Below are positions 24,296 through 35,476 of a stretch of 64,000 bases of DNA, one piece after another. Source of the DNA: Dipteris shenzhenensis (lineage: Eukaryota). The stretch is taken from the NCBI GenBank assembly GCA_047967505.1, contig CM106538.1, one strand, 5' to 3'. Position numbers and translations under genes: made by a program. The notes under the pieces are model-generated. The model worked only from the letters and a program-made list of their open reading frames with translations, searched no databases and had not been told where the DNA came from. Every line of letters begins with the position of its first letter. Positions within the stretch are counted from its first letter, which is position 1.

Positions 24296-24863
24296 GTTGT
24301 ACGTTGAAGATGACACATTCCTCCTGAGGGTAGCTGGAAGTAGAATTCTTGGGCTTGGTAAACTATCAAGCCTTTCTCATTATATTAAAGACCTATCTGC
24401 TACAAAGATATTGATTTTTAGCAAATTGCTTAGCAACGATGGAGTTGGTATTACTTATTTTTTCAAGTGTTTATCAAAAGTTTTGGGTGGTCATCCTATA
24501 TCCTAGCAAACAAATAAGATCATTATGATAGAGAAGCATCCTGCTTTAATTATTTTTGGGTGTTATGCTAGAAAGAAAGGCTTAAGAGCTGGTTAATTTT
24601 TTACATATACAGCCTAGGAACTAGCTTGTGGTGTAAAGGGTCCCCTCTCCTTGGAGGGTTATGGAAAGCATAAGCTCATAAGGAATCGAGAGCCTTCTTT
24701 GGTGGCCCTTCCCGACAAAATAGATGAAGAGAAAACTATGACAACAACAACTCTTGCACAAGATGAGAAGAGTTTGGTTGCTCCTCAGCTCAAGAAAAAA
24801 AGATCTCCAATCAAAGTCACAAGAAGGATTCCAAGAAAAGTTGGCAAACCATTGGAAGGATAG
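24296..24863 (+). pseudogene. Spliced 3' remnant of an unknown gene, convergent with the RAG1-like transposase
   Basis: Candidate exons ~24296-24357 (CAG|...|GTAAA) and ~24613-24863 join in frame and end in basic KKKRSPIKVTRRIPRK; followed by an AT-rich 3' UTR. Confidence 0.35.
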
Positions 24864-25169
24864 CCTATATGGTATTGTATATTTTACAATATGGAAGTAG
24901 AGTTGGATTGTGAGAACACTATCATTTTAGAATGTCTTAGTTATGTTTGTGTATTCATGACAAAAACAATATACATTTTGAAATAGAAATATATGTAGTA
25001 CATTTCAAATATTTCAATGGTTTCATACAATGACTTGTTATGAATGAAAGATCCAAGTCATTGTTCATTGCAAAAAAAAATTGTTACATTAAATGACACC
25101 TATTGATGAACAAGATTTAGCACTTAGCTTCTATCTACCCATTTTTGGTTTACAAATATCTTTGAGTGC

Positions 25170-26610
25170 CTCCACTGAGCATGTCTTTGTGCTACATTTG
25201 AGTTCTCCAAAATCTGCCTCCTTTTTTCCTTTTGAGCCAATCTGAAAGCTAGCTTAACCTACAATGTATTGACTTTCTTCTTAAATGAAAAGACTTTGTA
25301 GTATTCCTTGATAGAACCACTAAAAGACTTCTTTTAAACTATTGGCTTTTTGTTTTTCTCCAAAATGTTGTGTATATCTAAAGAATGCATTCTGTGCCAT
25401 GTTGTGTGATTTCTCCATTCCTTGTGTGGACCAAATTGCAGAGCATCCATATTTTTTTACAAAGAAAGGAAGGTTATTGTAGATTATATGTTTTTTTGAT
25501 ACATAGGCAAGTGGGCATTAGAATATATAAAACTAATATTGTTTGCTTTAAAAAAAAACATGCACAAAAACAAGATATTGTTCTTACCATGTAATGAGTG
25601 ATGCTACATGTTGTCCAAGCCTCTTTCTTTTCCTTTTTAATAATCTTTACCGCTTCTTCAAATGCGTGTTGATCATTTTTGCTAAAGGTAGCTTGGTCAC
25701 AAAAAACAAAAAGCTTATCTAAGCATTTCCACACTTCTGCCTTGATATCTCTTACTAATCTGTCGGCCTGATGATCTTTGATAGCATTATGTACTTTTCT
25801 CCACAAGTTATACTTTATCCTTGATACATATGTTGTTTTACTGCCATTTATTTTTCTTTTCTCTGGATGAGACAAAAATCTTCTAGCCTTTACTCCACCA
25901 ATAGATGGCTTGATAGGGACAGCTTTTCCATTTGTAGGTTTTTAAAGATCATTTGTAATATGTACATCTCCTGCATGGAGACCAATTTCAAATAGCACAG
26001 ATTCTAATGACTGTAGTGCCTCTTTTCTTCTACTCTTGGGATGAAGTTTCCATGCAAATCCAATATATAGGAAAACTAGTTTCTCAATGATCCTACATAA
26101 TGCACGCAATGTACAAATGTGAACATTGCATAATGGGATCTCAAGAACTGCTTTGAAATTTTTATCTACTTTATCTCTGTTGGGTGCTCTTTTCCACCAT
26201 TTAGAATCTAAGACATGTGCAGGTCCATTGCAGTACAAGCAAGGAGACTTTGAGTTACCCCCGTTGCTTATATTGAACATACACTTCAATGTCTTTAGGT
26301 CACCTACCATATGCCATTCAATTTGAAAATCACCCTTGCCTAAAACATGAAGATGATGTCCTTGAACTTAACTCTTTATAATTGAAGGTATGTAAGATAT
26401 GTGATATAAAATTTATAACATTTTGAGCAAAGACTAATTTGGAAGGCGATAGTTTACATACCTCAAATGAGCCCAACCACCATACATGCTTTCTTGATTG
26501 GACTGTGAAGTACTTTGAGCTCAACTTTGTGATCGATTGATAAAGTTCTTGATTCATCAAAGTGATAAAAATTCTCCCTATCTTTTTTTCCTTGACAATT
26601 TCAATATCCT
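25170..26610 (-). pseudogene. RAG1/Transib-like DDE transposase remnant with introns
   Basis: Ordered motifs WHMVGDLK, SPCLYC, HICTL(R/H)ALCRIIEKL, GGVKARRFL, ITHYM|HIIYNNLP and YGCSAIWSTQGMEKSH parallel RAG1 GYDEK, ICTLC, DALH, NGNFARKLM, ITNYFHKTLAHVP and GSIGAWASEGNES. Confidence 0.75.
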
Positions 26611-29600
26611 GCCATTGGTTATCTTAACCTTATCCCTACACCCATAGGGATACCACTTGCATCTTATCGCACCAAACATGTGGCAAGATTTATCCCACCG
26701 ATCATTGTGATACACCTACTCCACTGCTTGTTGCTATAATTATCCTATCAACTATACTAGTATCCCGCCATTTGGTGCAATACCCTATCCCTACGACGGT
26801 TGCCATAGAGCTATCCCCACGACTGTTGGGATACCTCTGGTGTAGCCCAATAATTAAAAAAATTCACGAACCTCAGTTCAGTTGCCTTGTTAGAGGTCTT
26901 ATACATGCACTTGAGGTCTGGGAGAATTTTGCCCAAGGATTCCATGCCGAAAGATAGTGCTTCGAGCTACGATCAGCCCACCCTTTGCCCTAGCTAGGAA
27001 TCCGGAAGCTCGAGATTCCTAGTCCCCACTCATTAATAGGCCCCCGATAGGAAGATCTATCTAGCTCTGATGAGACGGAGAGCTTGGACGAAGTAATGTA
27101 ATAACCCTTGGGTCCAGGGGACGCCAAAGCCCCATTCACTAGTGTGGCCTATCCCAAATCTCTTGCACCATCGGTCGCATCCAGGCTGAGAGGTACATTC
27201 TCCAACATGTTCAAATGTTTAGGCTGAATAGAGTCGGTAAGACATGGAGAACCCCTTCGTCGGCATGTTTGCAGGAAGGGAAACTCAGCAACATCTAGCT
27301 CCCGAACCACAGACCGGGATGGAAACCACCTTTGCAGACCCTGGACCCTCTGCCTATGTGAGACCTACTCAATGGGAACACTTGGATGATGAAAATCCAT
27401 GGATAAGGGAATTCAAAAGGCAAGACCCCAGCTGAGGGGATGCAAGGAACTTCCAAGGGGGGGTGCCTTTTGAACCCCCAACAGTCTAGGTGCCACCAAC
27501 CTTCACCAACTATGGGGCACCATAGTGTCCACCTTATCGCCCATTGCATGGAACTAACGTCTCCATGCCCAAGGACCCACCTAGCCGGAAGTATGTTCCT
27601 TTCCATCCATACCTATTGCACCGATGAATGTAGGCCTTGGCACATCTGCTTCAATGTCGGTGCTAGCAATTATGTGGATACTACCACTAGGGCTAGGCTA
27701 AAGGGCCAAGCTTGCATCCTATTAGGCATCCTATTAGGCCCACAACAACACTGCCCCCACCAGCCACTCAAACAGTGTTAATTGATGACACAATGCACAT
27801 CTTAGTGAATGCCCTAGGAAGGGGGGCCATGCCACCTTCGCCCGCCCTAGTGTTTCCCCCAGGGATTGCAAATCCCTAGAGGAGCCGACCCATAGCAATC
27901 TCCAAGTTAATGACCAAGTTCCTTGAAGAAGGAGACCCGATCTCCCATGTGGAGCGATTTGAGCAAATTTGCGAAGCTTTCGGTGCTCCTGAGGACCTAG
28001 AAATGGCCAATGCATTTGCTCTCAGCTCGGATGGCAAAGCAGGCCAATGGTATAGGGCTCTCACCCCAGAAGAGAAAATGAACTGGGAGACATTGAGAAA
28101 GGCCTTCATTGTGGGGTTCACCCCTAGCGGCCATAAATGGAGCTCGATTAATCAATTGTATGGGGTAAAGCAGAATGATAAGAAATCCCTAAGGGATTAC
28201 ATTGCCAAGATCAAGCACCTCAATGCTCGCCTATGAACCGTATGAGCGGATGAGCGACGAATGATTGTTGCCCTACTTCCTCATTAGATTGGCAGACTCA
28301 AAACTGCACGACCACCTCATGGTGATGAATCCTACCTCCTATCTATGTAGCAAGGTGTCCATCCGTATATGTGCATTTAGATAAAACCTCGGATCCCTTA
28401 GAATTAGCTCCATCAACTAGGTCTTTAAGTGTAGAAACTATCAAGAAGGAGACCAATGAGCCCAAGGGTTTGGATATGAGTGAGTTGGCCTCCAATCTAC
28501 TAGATCATCTAGGCTAGTAGTGGAGGACATGAACCTCTAAGGAGGCACGGAGCAACCCCCACTTGTTTCCACGGAGATACAATGTTTGGTGTGGGGTATG
28601 CAATGGCAACCACCCTTCCAATGAGTGTCCATGCCTAAGGGCAAGGCCGGCACTCTACTGCACACATTGCCATAGGTGGGGAAACCATGATACCTCCCAA
28701 TGCCAATTTTTGAGGTCCCTTCTTGAACCCATGTATTAAATGAGACTTCCATTAGCCCAAACAGCCCCACCTAACCCCTTGATCACATAGGGTGTCATAT
28801 GTCCAGTTCTAGCCAGTACAAAACTCAGCTAGCTTCGTTACCACCACCCATATTGGGCCTGCAACCCCCACTACCTCATATAACCCTAGTCAATCAAGTG
28901 TTGGTAGAGGAAGTGCCCAATGGTTGGGAGGATATGGATCTAGATCACAGACCTCACGATTACTACCCTACGAGGAGGGGAGTGGCACCCTAAGCCACTA
29001 CCTCCCACCAGAGGATCAATAGGTCCCTGTATTCTAGATCTCTCCCATGAATGCAAGGCAAGAGACCTAATCTCCATTGCTTGGAGACCCTCACTCCAAT
29101 GTTACACCTGCCAAGGTCCCAATAGAGCAAGTAAATGCTGCTCCCAAGGTACTTAGAACCCCCGGTGTCCCACTTCAAATGCGAGGGGATACATTCTTGA
29201 AGGACTGTCCATATAGGCATCGTACCCCCACCGCTCCAACCACGACCAACCCCACACCCTTGTGTGTAAGATGTGGGGCCGAGAATCTATTCCAGGATTG
29301 TCCCATGAAGAGACCAATAACCCCAATCATCCCGCCAAAGAGTACTACCCTTAATCTTCTTAGCATCAAACAAGGCTAGGTGGCCGTAGTGCCCCTACAA
29401 GTCATCACGATGATGCAAGCTAAGGCATTAGGCAAGGCAATGAGGAAGCTGACAAGGAAGGATAAAGGGTCCCTTTTGCCCAGATACCACCTCCCCTAGC
29501 CCAGTCCAAGAAGGAAATTTGGGTAGGTGACGGCTTTGAACACGTGCTTATTTAGGATGCGGTTCTGATGAGGAGACAACTACTCTCACCACCTCCTCTG

Positions 29601-29900
29601 CTTTCAGACATGCTTCCACCCAAGGTGACCCTGAAGTGCCACCGTGTTCAGAGGTAAACAATCTGGTGCAGGCCCAAGGCCTAGCACCCTTGTCCTCCTA
29701 TAAGGAGACCTATCTTGACCCAGCCCTAAAAAAGCAATGCGCAAAAGATGCCCAAAACTTGGTACAGGACTGACAAGAGAAGTTTGAGCATCACCTAAAG
29801 GCAAGTAGAGGGTCAGATACTATTCATCTAGCCCATGTAATAGGCCACCGAGGGGAGAAATATCTCAAGGTGCCAAAAACAGTGGAGGAAGAGTAACACC
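26611..29900 (+). mobile_element. Ty3/gypsy remnant: leader plus degenerate gag with zinc knuckles
   Basis: ORF 27910-28236 (DPISHVERFEQIC...AGQWY...WETLRKAF...KQNDKKSLRDYI) is a retrotransposon gag; decayed CCHC motifs at ~28580-28700 and ~29260-29300; boundaries approximate. Confidence 0.75.
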
Positions 29901-30119
29901 TCAACTTTGATTAGTTAGAAGCTCTAGATCTGATACATAAAATGTTTTGAGAAGACCTAGTACTGCAAAACCTCCAATAAACTATCAACAAAGGATTGCA
30001 AGTTTATTTGGTGCTAAACGTCTTGCTCAAGTATTGAATTCTCCCCACCCTCTCCTTCTACCTATCTTGGACTACCAAGGAGCTTGGGATGTCTAGATTT
30101 TAGTCTTGGTGTGATGACA

Positions 30120-30495
30120 TCTTGGGTCTCCAATTTGATGGCGCATACAAACCTTCGACCAAGGTTGCTGGTGTGGGTGTGAAGCTCACTTCACCAAGGG
30201 GTTGAGGTATATTGTTATAGCAAGTCTACATTAGCAAGTACTTGCAACCAAGTTGAGTACTCAGCACTCATTTTTGGGTTACAAAAGGCAGAAGAACATC
30301 GCATCAAGCAACTTGAGGTGCAAGGAGTTTCTCAAATTGTGTGTGAACAAGTTAGTGGAAGGTGGAAGGTGTGGAGCGAAGGCTTGGTTCCACGACATCA
30401 ACAAGCATTGGAACTTTGCAAACAATCTAAAGAGTAAAAATTTAGCATATCCCTCGAGCTCAAAATATAGTTGCTGATTTCTTGGCACGTGAAGC
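30120..30495 (+). pseudogene. Archaeal-type RNase HI domain remnant (as in Tat-lineage gypsy elements)
   Basis: LQFDGAYKPSTKVAGVGVKLTSPRG ... TCNQVEYSALIFGLQKA...LEVQGVSQIVCEQVSGRWKV ... HIPRAQNIVADFLAREA. Confidence 0.8.
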
Positions 30496-31074
30496 TTGTA
30501 CTTCAATCACGCATGAAGCGAGTGGAAGCACCCCCCCAATAAAGTTGCAAGCCATGAATGAGCGTGATCATTTGTAAGGAATGCAAAGGTTGTGGTCATC
30601 ATGAAACTAAGTGTTAGGTATATTTGATACGAGTTTACCGACTTCGGAAGATCATTAGAAAGGTCCTTAAGGACATTGCACAAAAGAAAACTGCACACCC
30701 CTTGAAGAAATAGCATGGCGAGTACAAGAACTGGAAGAAGCTGAAGCCGATGTGCAAGCTCTCCAACTGTTGACATTTGTCATGGCATTCTTATTTGCCT
30801 TGATGAACCTCATGCAGCGCCACGTCTCTAACCCTCACTTGTAAAGATGAATGTAATATCATGAGGGTTGGTCCTTTTAAGATTGTCTATGAGCTATTCT
30901 ATGTTGAAGATTCTTCCCGTATAATATTTCACAATACACCAGTCACATCCTACCTTGCCTATGTGTGCTTTGTAGATGTATCTTCACCTGATTTTTAGTT
31001 CAAGCTACCTCTTTCCATCATTTGCCAATAGATAAGCCTCATTTTGTCTCTCTCTTTTCCATCTTCCAAGCGTG

Positions 31075-31619
31075 GCTGACATTCCCGTGTTCTGTGGTCA
31101 GGTGGAAGAAAATCCAAATGAGTATCTTGTGGCCTTCAAGTGCCATTATGTTTCTCTCAACTTTCTTACTGAAGATAGATGGATGTTGGTTCTTTTCTTA
31201 TTGAAGATAGATGGATGTCGGTTCTTCCCACATTTCTAGAGGGTTTGGCTCAAGTGTGGTATGAGAAGCAAGCTGAAGATGTTTGCCAAAGTTGGCCGAG
31301 GTTAACAATAGCTATGATCGAGTATTTTGGCAAAGAAGAGGAGCTGGAGAATGTGTACCTGCAGGTGGAAAACCTGAACTAGTCAAAAGGTGAGATAGTG
31401 CATCGATATGTGGATCTAGCAGTCATGCTCCTGGACCATTTAATTGCCATGCAAGAAGATGCCGGATTTTGAGCTAGAATGACTCAGCATGTTCTGGGCT
31501 ACCTCGTAGCAAGAGCAAGTGATGAATTCTACCTCAAGATTAAATGGGAGAATCCAAAAACCATGGTGCTAGCACATGAGATTGCTCAAAAGTTTGATAA
31601 AGTTCAATCTGAACCTACT
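31075..31619 (+). pseudogene. Second gypsy-like gag remnant, with an internal 32-bp tandem duplication (~31162-31225)
   Basis: IPVFCGQVEENPNEYL...LPTFLEGLAQVWYE...LN*SKGEIVHRYV. Confidence 0.65.
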
Positions 31620-32919
31620 TGACCACACAGTCACTTCCTAGTGACGATTTTGCATGAACAGGCAATAAGGATGATTCTGTAACTCCCAATATCTCTGCGC
31701 ACAGCATATGATGCAATTTGTGTGGCAACTTTTCATCGACCTGCGGAGCAGTGGTCGCACAACAAAAACAGGGCCTTTTTCTGAGTGCATGCGGAGAACT
31801 TCTGCCTCTAAAACGGGCCCTGAAATGGCCTCAAATCAGAAAAATAAAGTCACCAAGGGCTTGGCCCTTACCCGCAACATATACTACCCTCTCGCCACCT
31901 CTCGCCACACTGCGAAGGGCATCTCAATCTGAGACAATGCACTCTTGCACTGTGCTACCTGCAGAGATTTGCTCCCGAACTCGAAAAAGGAAAGTAACAC
32001 CGGTCCTCTTACCAGGACACCGTGAACTTGGTAAGCTTTCGTGAGCTCCTTACCACAAACCAGGCTCTGATACCATGTGAAGATAGTGGGAGAGAAGGAA
32101 GGAGTCTCACTTGCGGCTTTCTCACATGCACAATGGGGGAATACACACAAAGGTGGAGGCTGAAAACACTTTTCCTCTTCTTAGTTGTGAAATCCAAAAG
32201 AACTCTGGTACAAAGAAATAGAAGAACCCTATATGTGGGTCTCAAACCAAACTCAGCTAACTAAGGTGGCATACTACCTGAGCCACGAACTAGAGTACAT
32301 AAGGATAGCTGTCATCTAGCTATTATTCATGGGCAGTGTACCAACCGCATCTGCAGCTAACAAGTTGGTGACATAAATGCACAACGGTCACCTTGGCATA
32401 TCACGAGTGGAGCTCTATATTTCAACAACGTGTCCTAAGATAAGCCTTGGATTTAATTTTGATGTGGAGGCCTACAACATTTGATGAAAAGCATGCTTTT
32501 GGATGAAAAGCTCTTGATGGAAGGCATGAGCGCTTTTGAAGGCCTCTAAATCTATATATTTCACAAACTTCAACTCTTTGGATCGTCTAGTTGATGTTGG
32601 CTCTACCGACCTCTCTCTCCAACATCGCTCACATCGAGAAACCGCTTTGGAGGTAGAGATAGGATTTACTCAAAAAATGATGGAAGAAATCATGACAAGA
32701 ATTTGGTTGATGCTTGAATTGGAATACATATACACTCATTGAGATTTAGGTAATATATCATTCTCTTATATATTCACGATACTCAATCTCGGTGCTAATA
32801 CTATCAACGATTACAACCTCAGCACATAGGGAAGGGCCCGTTCCCTCGGATTATAACTATTTGGGAAAAGAAGCGCGCCGCCTCGCCATCCATACTATGT
32901 GTGGTTTTTTAAAAATAAT

Positions 32920-32955
<36 letters not shown>

Positions 32956-33352
32956 GTTTTCCATTTCAAGTTATGTGTTTTCTTTTGCTTTTACATATTC
33001 TAAATTCCTCTTTTTCTATTTGTGTGCCAAGGTGTTCGCAAGAAGGGAATGCTTAAACGCATACGCCATTTGGTCGGGCCTACTATTATTAGCTTAGTTT
33101 ATAGTCAGGTATTTTTCAAAAACTGCCTTGTCATCCTTTCTTCATCATAAATTTATAATCAACATATTATACATTACTCTCTTCATTCATTCCCCTTTGG
33201 CGGCCTACCGCACCCTAGGCTTTTTTCTTGAGTTGTACTGAAATTGACCAAGAAAAAATGTTGGAAATGGAAAAATGGTTCCAAAATTATGTACCATTTG
33301 GTTAGAGGGAAGCGGCGAGGGAGGCCTACAGGTGACCAGTGAGGAAGGCCTA
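31620..33352 (-). repeat. Inverted segmental duplicate of ~48408-50122 (flank, 5' LTR 32076-32427, PBS 32064-32075, leader of copia-4)
   Basis: Continuous reverse-complement similarity, including the same CACGT|TGTTG insertion junction and the (CA)n(TA)n tract. Confidence 0.93.
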
Positions 33353-33957
33353 CAGCCTGTCATCCCATATTTGGAGAGCATGTCTAATCCATACTGCCTC
33401 TGCAAGAGCTGTATCCCACTTGGTGATCTAATCACCTCAATGCCCAAGAAATAACACAGCTCTCCCAAATCCTTCATCTCAAACTTTTGCTTTAATAGCA
33501 TTTTCACATGAAGGATATCTTCATCACTATGACTTGTGATGATCAAATCATCAACATAAATGACAAGCAGCATAATACCTTTCTCTGTTTTTCTCACATA
33601 AAGTGAGAAATCTACCTTGGAAATCTGAAAGCCAATAGTGACAAGATACTGTCCTATCTTGTCAGACCATGCTCTAGGTGCTTGCTTCAAGCCATACAAG
33701 GCTTTCTTCAACCTACAAACAAACTCAGGATGAACAGCATGAACATAACCTGGTGGCTGCTTCGTAAAGTGCTCTTCTTACAAATCACCATGCAAGAAGG
33801 CATTCTTTACATCCATCTAATGTAAAGACCATCCCTTTGATGTAGCCATAGCAATGATTGCTCTTACGATTGCCATCCTTGCAACCGGACTGAATGTTTC
33901 TTCATAATCAATGCCATATGTATGTGCATACCTTGACAACTAATCTTGCCTTGTATC
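33346..33957 (-). mobile_element. copia-4-family RT fragment
   Basis: ORF 33205-33711 [14 protein letters not shown]...YVDDL; matches ~52695-53305. Confidence 0.92.
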
Positions 33958-34053
33958 TGTTGAGATATCGAGCTCCACTCGTGATATGCCAGGGTGACAT
34001 AAATGCACAATGGTCACCCTGGCATATCACGAGTGGAGCTCGATATCTCAATA
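33958..34053. repeat. 96-bp fold-back palindrome made of two copia-4 LTR 5' ends
   Basis: 41-bp arms (1 mismatch) tgttgagatatcgagctccactcgtgatatgccagggtgac and its reverse complement; the 14-bp loop is also LTR-derived. Confidence 0.95.
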
Positions 34054-34254
34054 GTCTTATACCTGAGTATCATAATATGAGCATACGCTTGTACCTATCG
34101 CATGTGCATTTGTCTAGTGGATACGATACTTTTCACACACCTTAAAATTATTTATTTTAAGACCCATGCAAAGTATCATTCCCATCAAACATTGTTTGCA
34201 TGGTTGGCGATGCATATTTTTTTGTTTTCCACATCTCATAGATGGGCATAAGTC

Positions 34255-35173
34255 CTATCCTAAAGCAATATGCTACGCTACTCCAAATACAAAAACACCT
34301 AGCCAAAATCTTTATGCCATCATGTATAAGAGTCCTATCAAGTTTTGTCCTATTTTGGCCATCGATTTCCCAACATGGTTGTGAAAAATCAACGTTGGTG
34401 ACCCACACGCATTCTAGCATGTGCAACGTGGTTTTTTAAAACATAAGGCATGTGTAGACCTATTTATGGGATAAGATTTAGTATGATACTTGGAAATGAT
34501 GTGACTTAGAGGTATACTAACTCTCAATCCATCACGTGATATAGAGCTAGGGATTTGGCCTTACCCTATAGAAATGCTTCAGCTCATAATAGTGTGGTAT
34601 AACAATTATTATCTACCATAAAATAATATGCTATGCTACTCCAAATGCAATAAAACTTACCCAAAACCTTTATTCCATCATACATTAGAGCCCTATCAAG
34701 TTTCATCTTGTTTCTACGATCAATTCCCAACATGGTTATGAAAAAACAACATTTGTGACCCACTTGTGTTCTAGCGTGTGCAATAAGATTTTTTAAAACA
34801 AAAAGGTATGTATGGACCCATTTATGTAACAAGATTTGGTACAGTGCTTGGGTATGATATGACTCAGAGTCATACCAACTCTTGGTGCATTAGGAGATAT
34901 AGAGCCCTATATTGACCTTATCCTATAAAAAATATTTTGGCTCACGGTATGGCACAAAACTTGTTATTTACACTAAAACAATATGCTACGCTACTTTAAA
35001 TGCAATAACACCTAGCTAAAATCTTTATTCCATCATGTATTAGAGTCCTATCTAGTTTCATCTTGTTTCAACTATTGATGCCCAACATGGTTATGAAAAA
35101 CCAACGTTGGTGACCCACACATGTTCTAGTGTGTGCGACTGGTTTTGTTTTGAAAAAAGGGCATGTATAGACC
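34255..35173. repeat. ~356-bp tandem repeat, about 2.6 diverged copies
   Basis: aatatgcta(c/t)gctact recurs at 34267, 34625 and 34980 with colinear downstream sequence. Confidence 0.88.
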
Positions 35174-35476
35174 CTGTCTCGACCTATTTAACGTTGGGGA
35201 GATGTCCAACCCATAGTTTCAACCCATAATCTTCATTCCAAGACCTCTAGCCCTTAATCTAATCCATAATCCAAGGGATACATTCAAATTTGAGATAACG
35301 CACTACAAGCCATTAGATCAAGGGGTGGATCTAAGGGATATCACAAAAGAAAAGAGGGATGAAATATCTACCCTTCATTAAAAAAAAGATCTAATGGAGG
35401 AGATGAGAAGAAAATATGCTTCAATCTAGGCCATAGATTAGATGGAAGCTCCAAGGGAGGAGATGGGTGTAGAAAG

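Noticed and set aside
32920-32955. (CA)n(TA)n microsatellite, also at ~48800-48827
   Set aside because: Ordinary SSR; the second copy is explained by the inverted duplication
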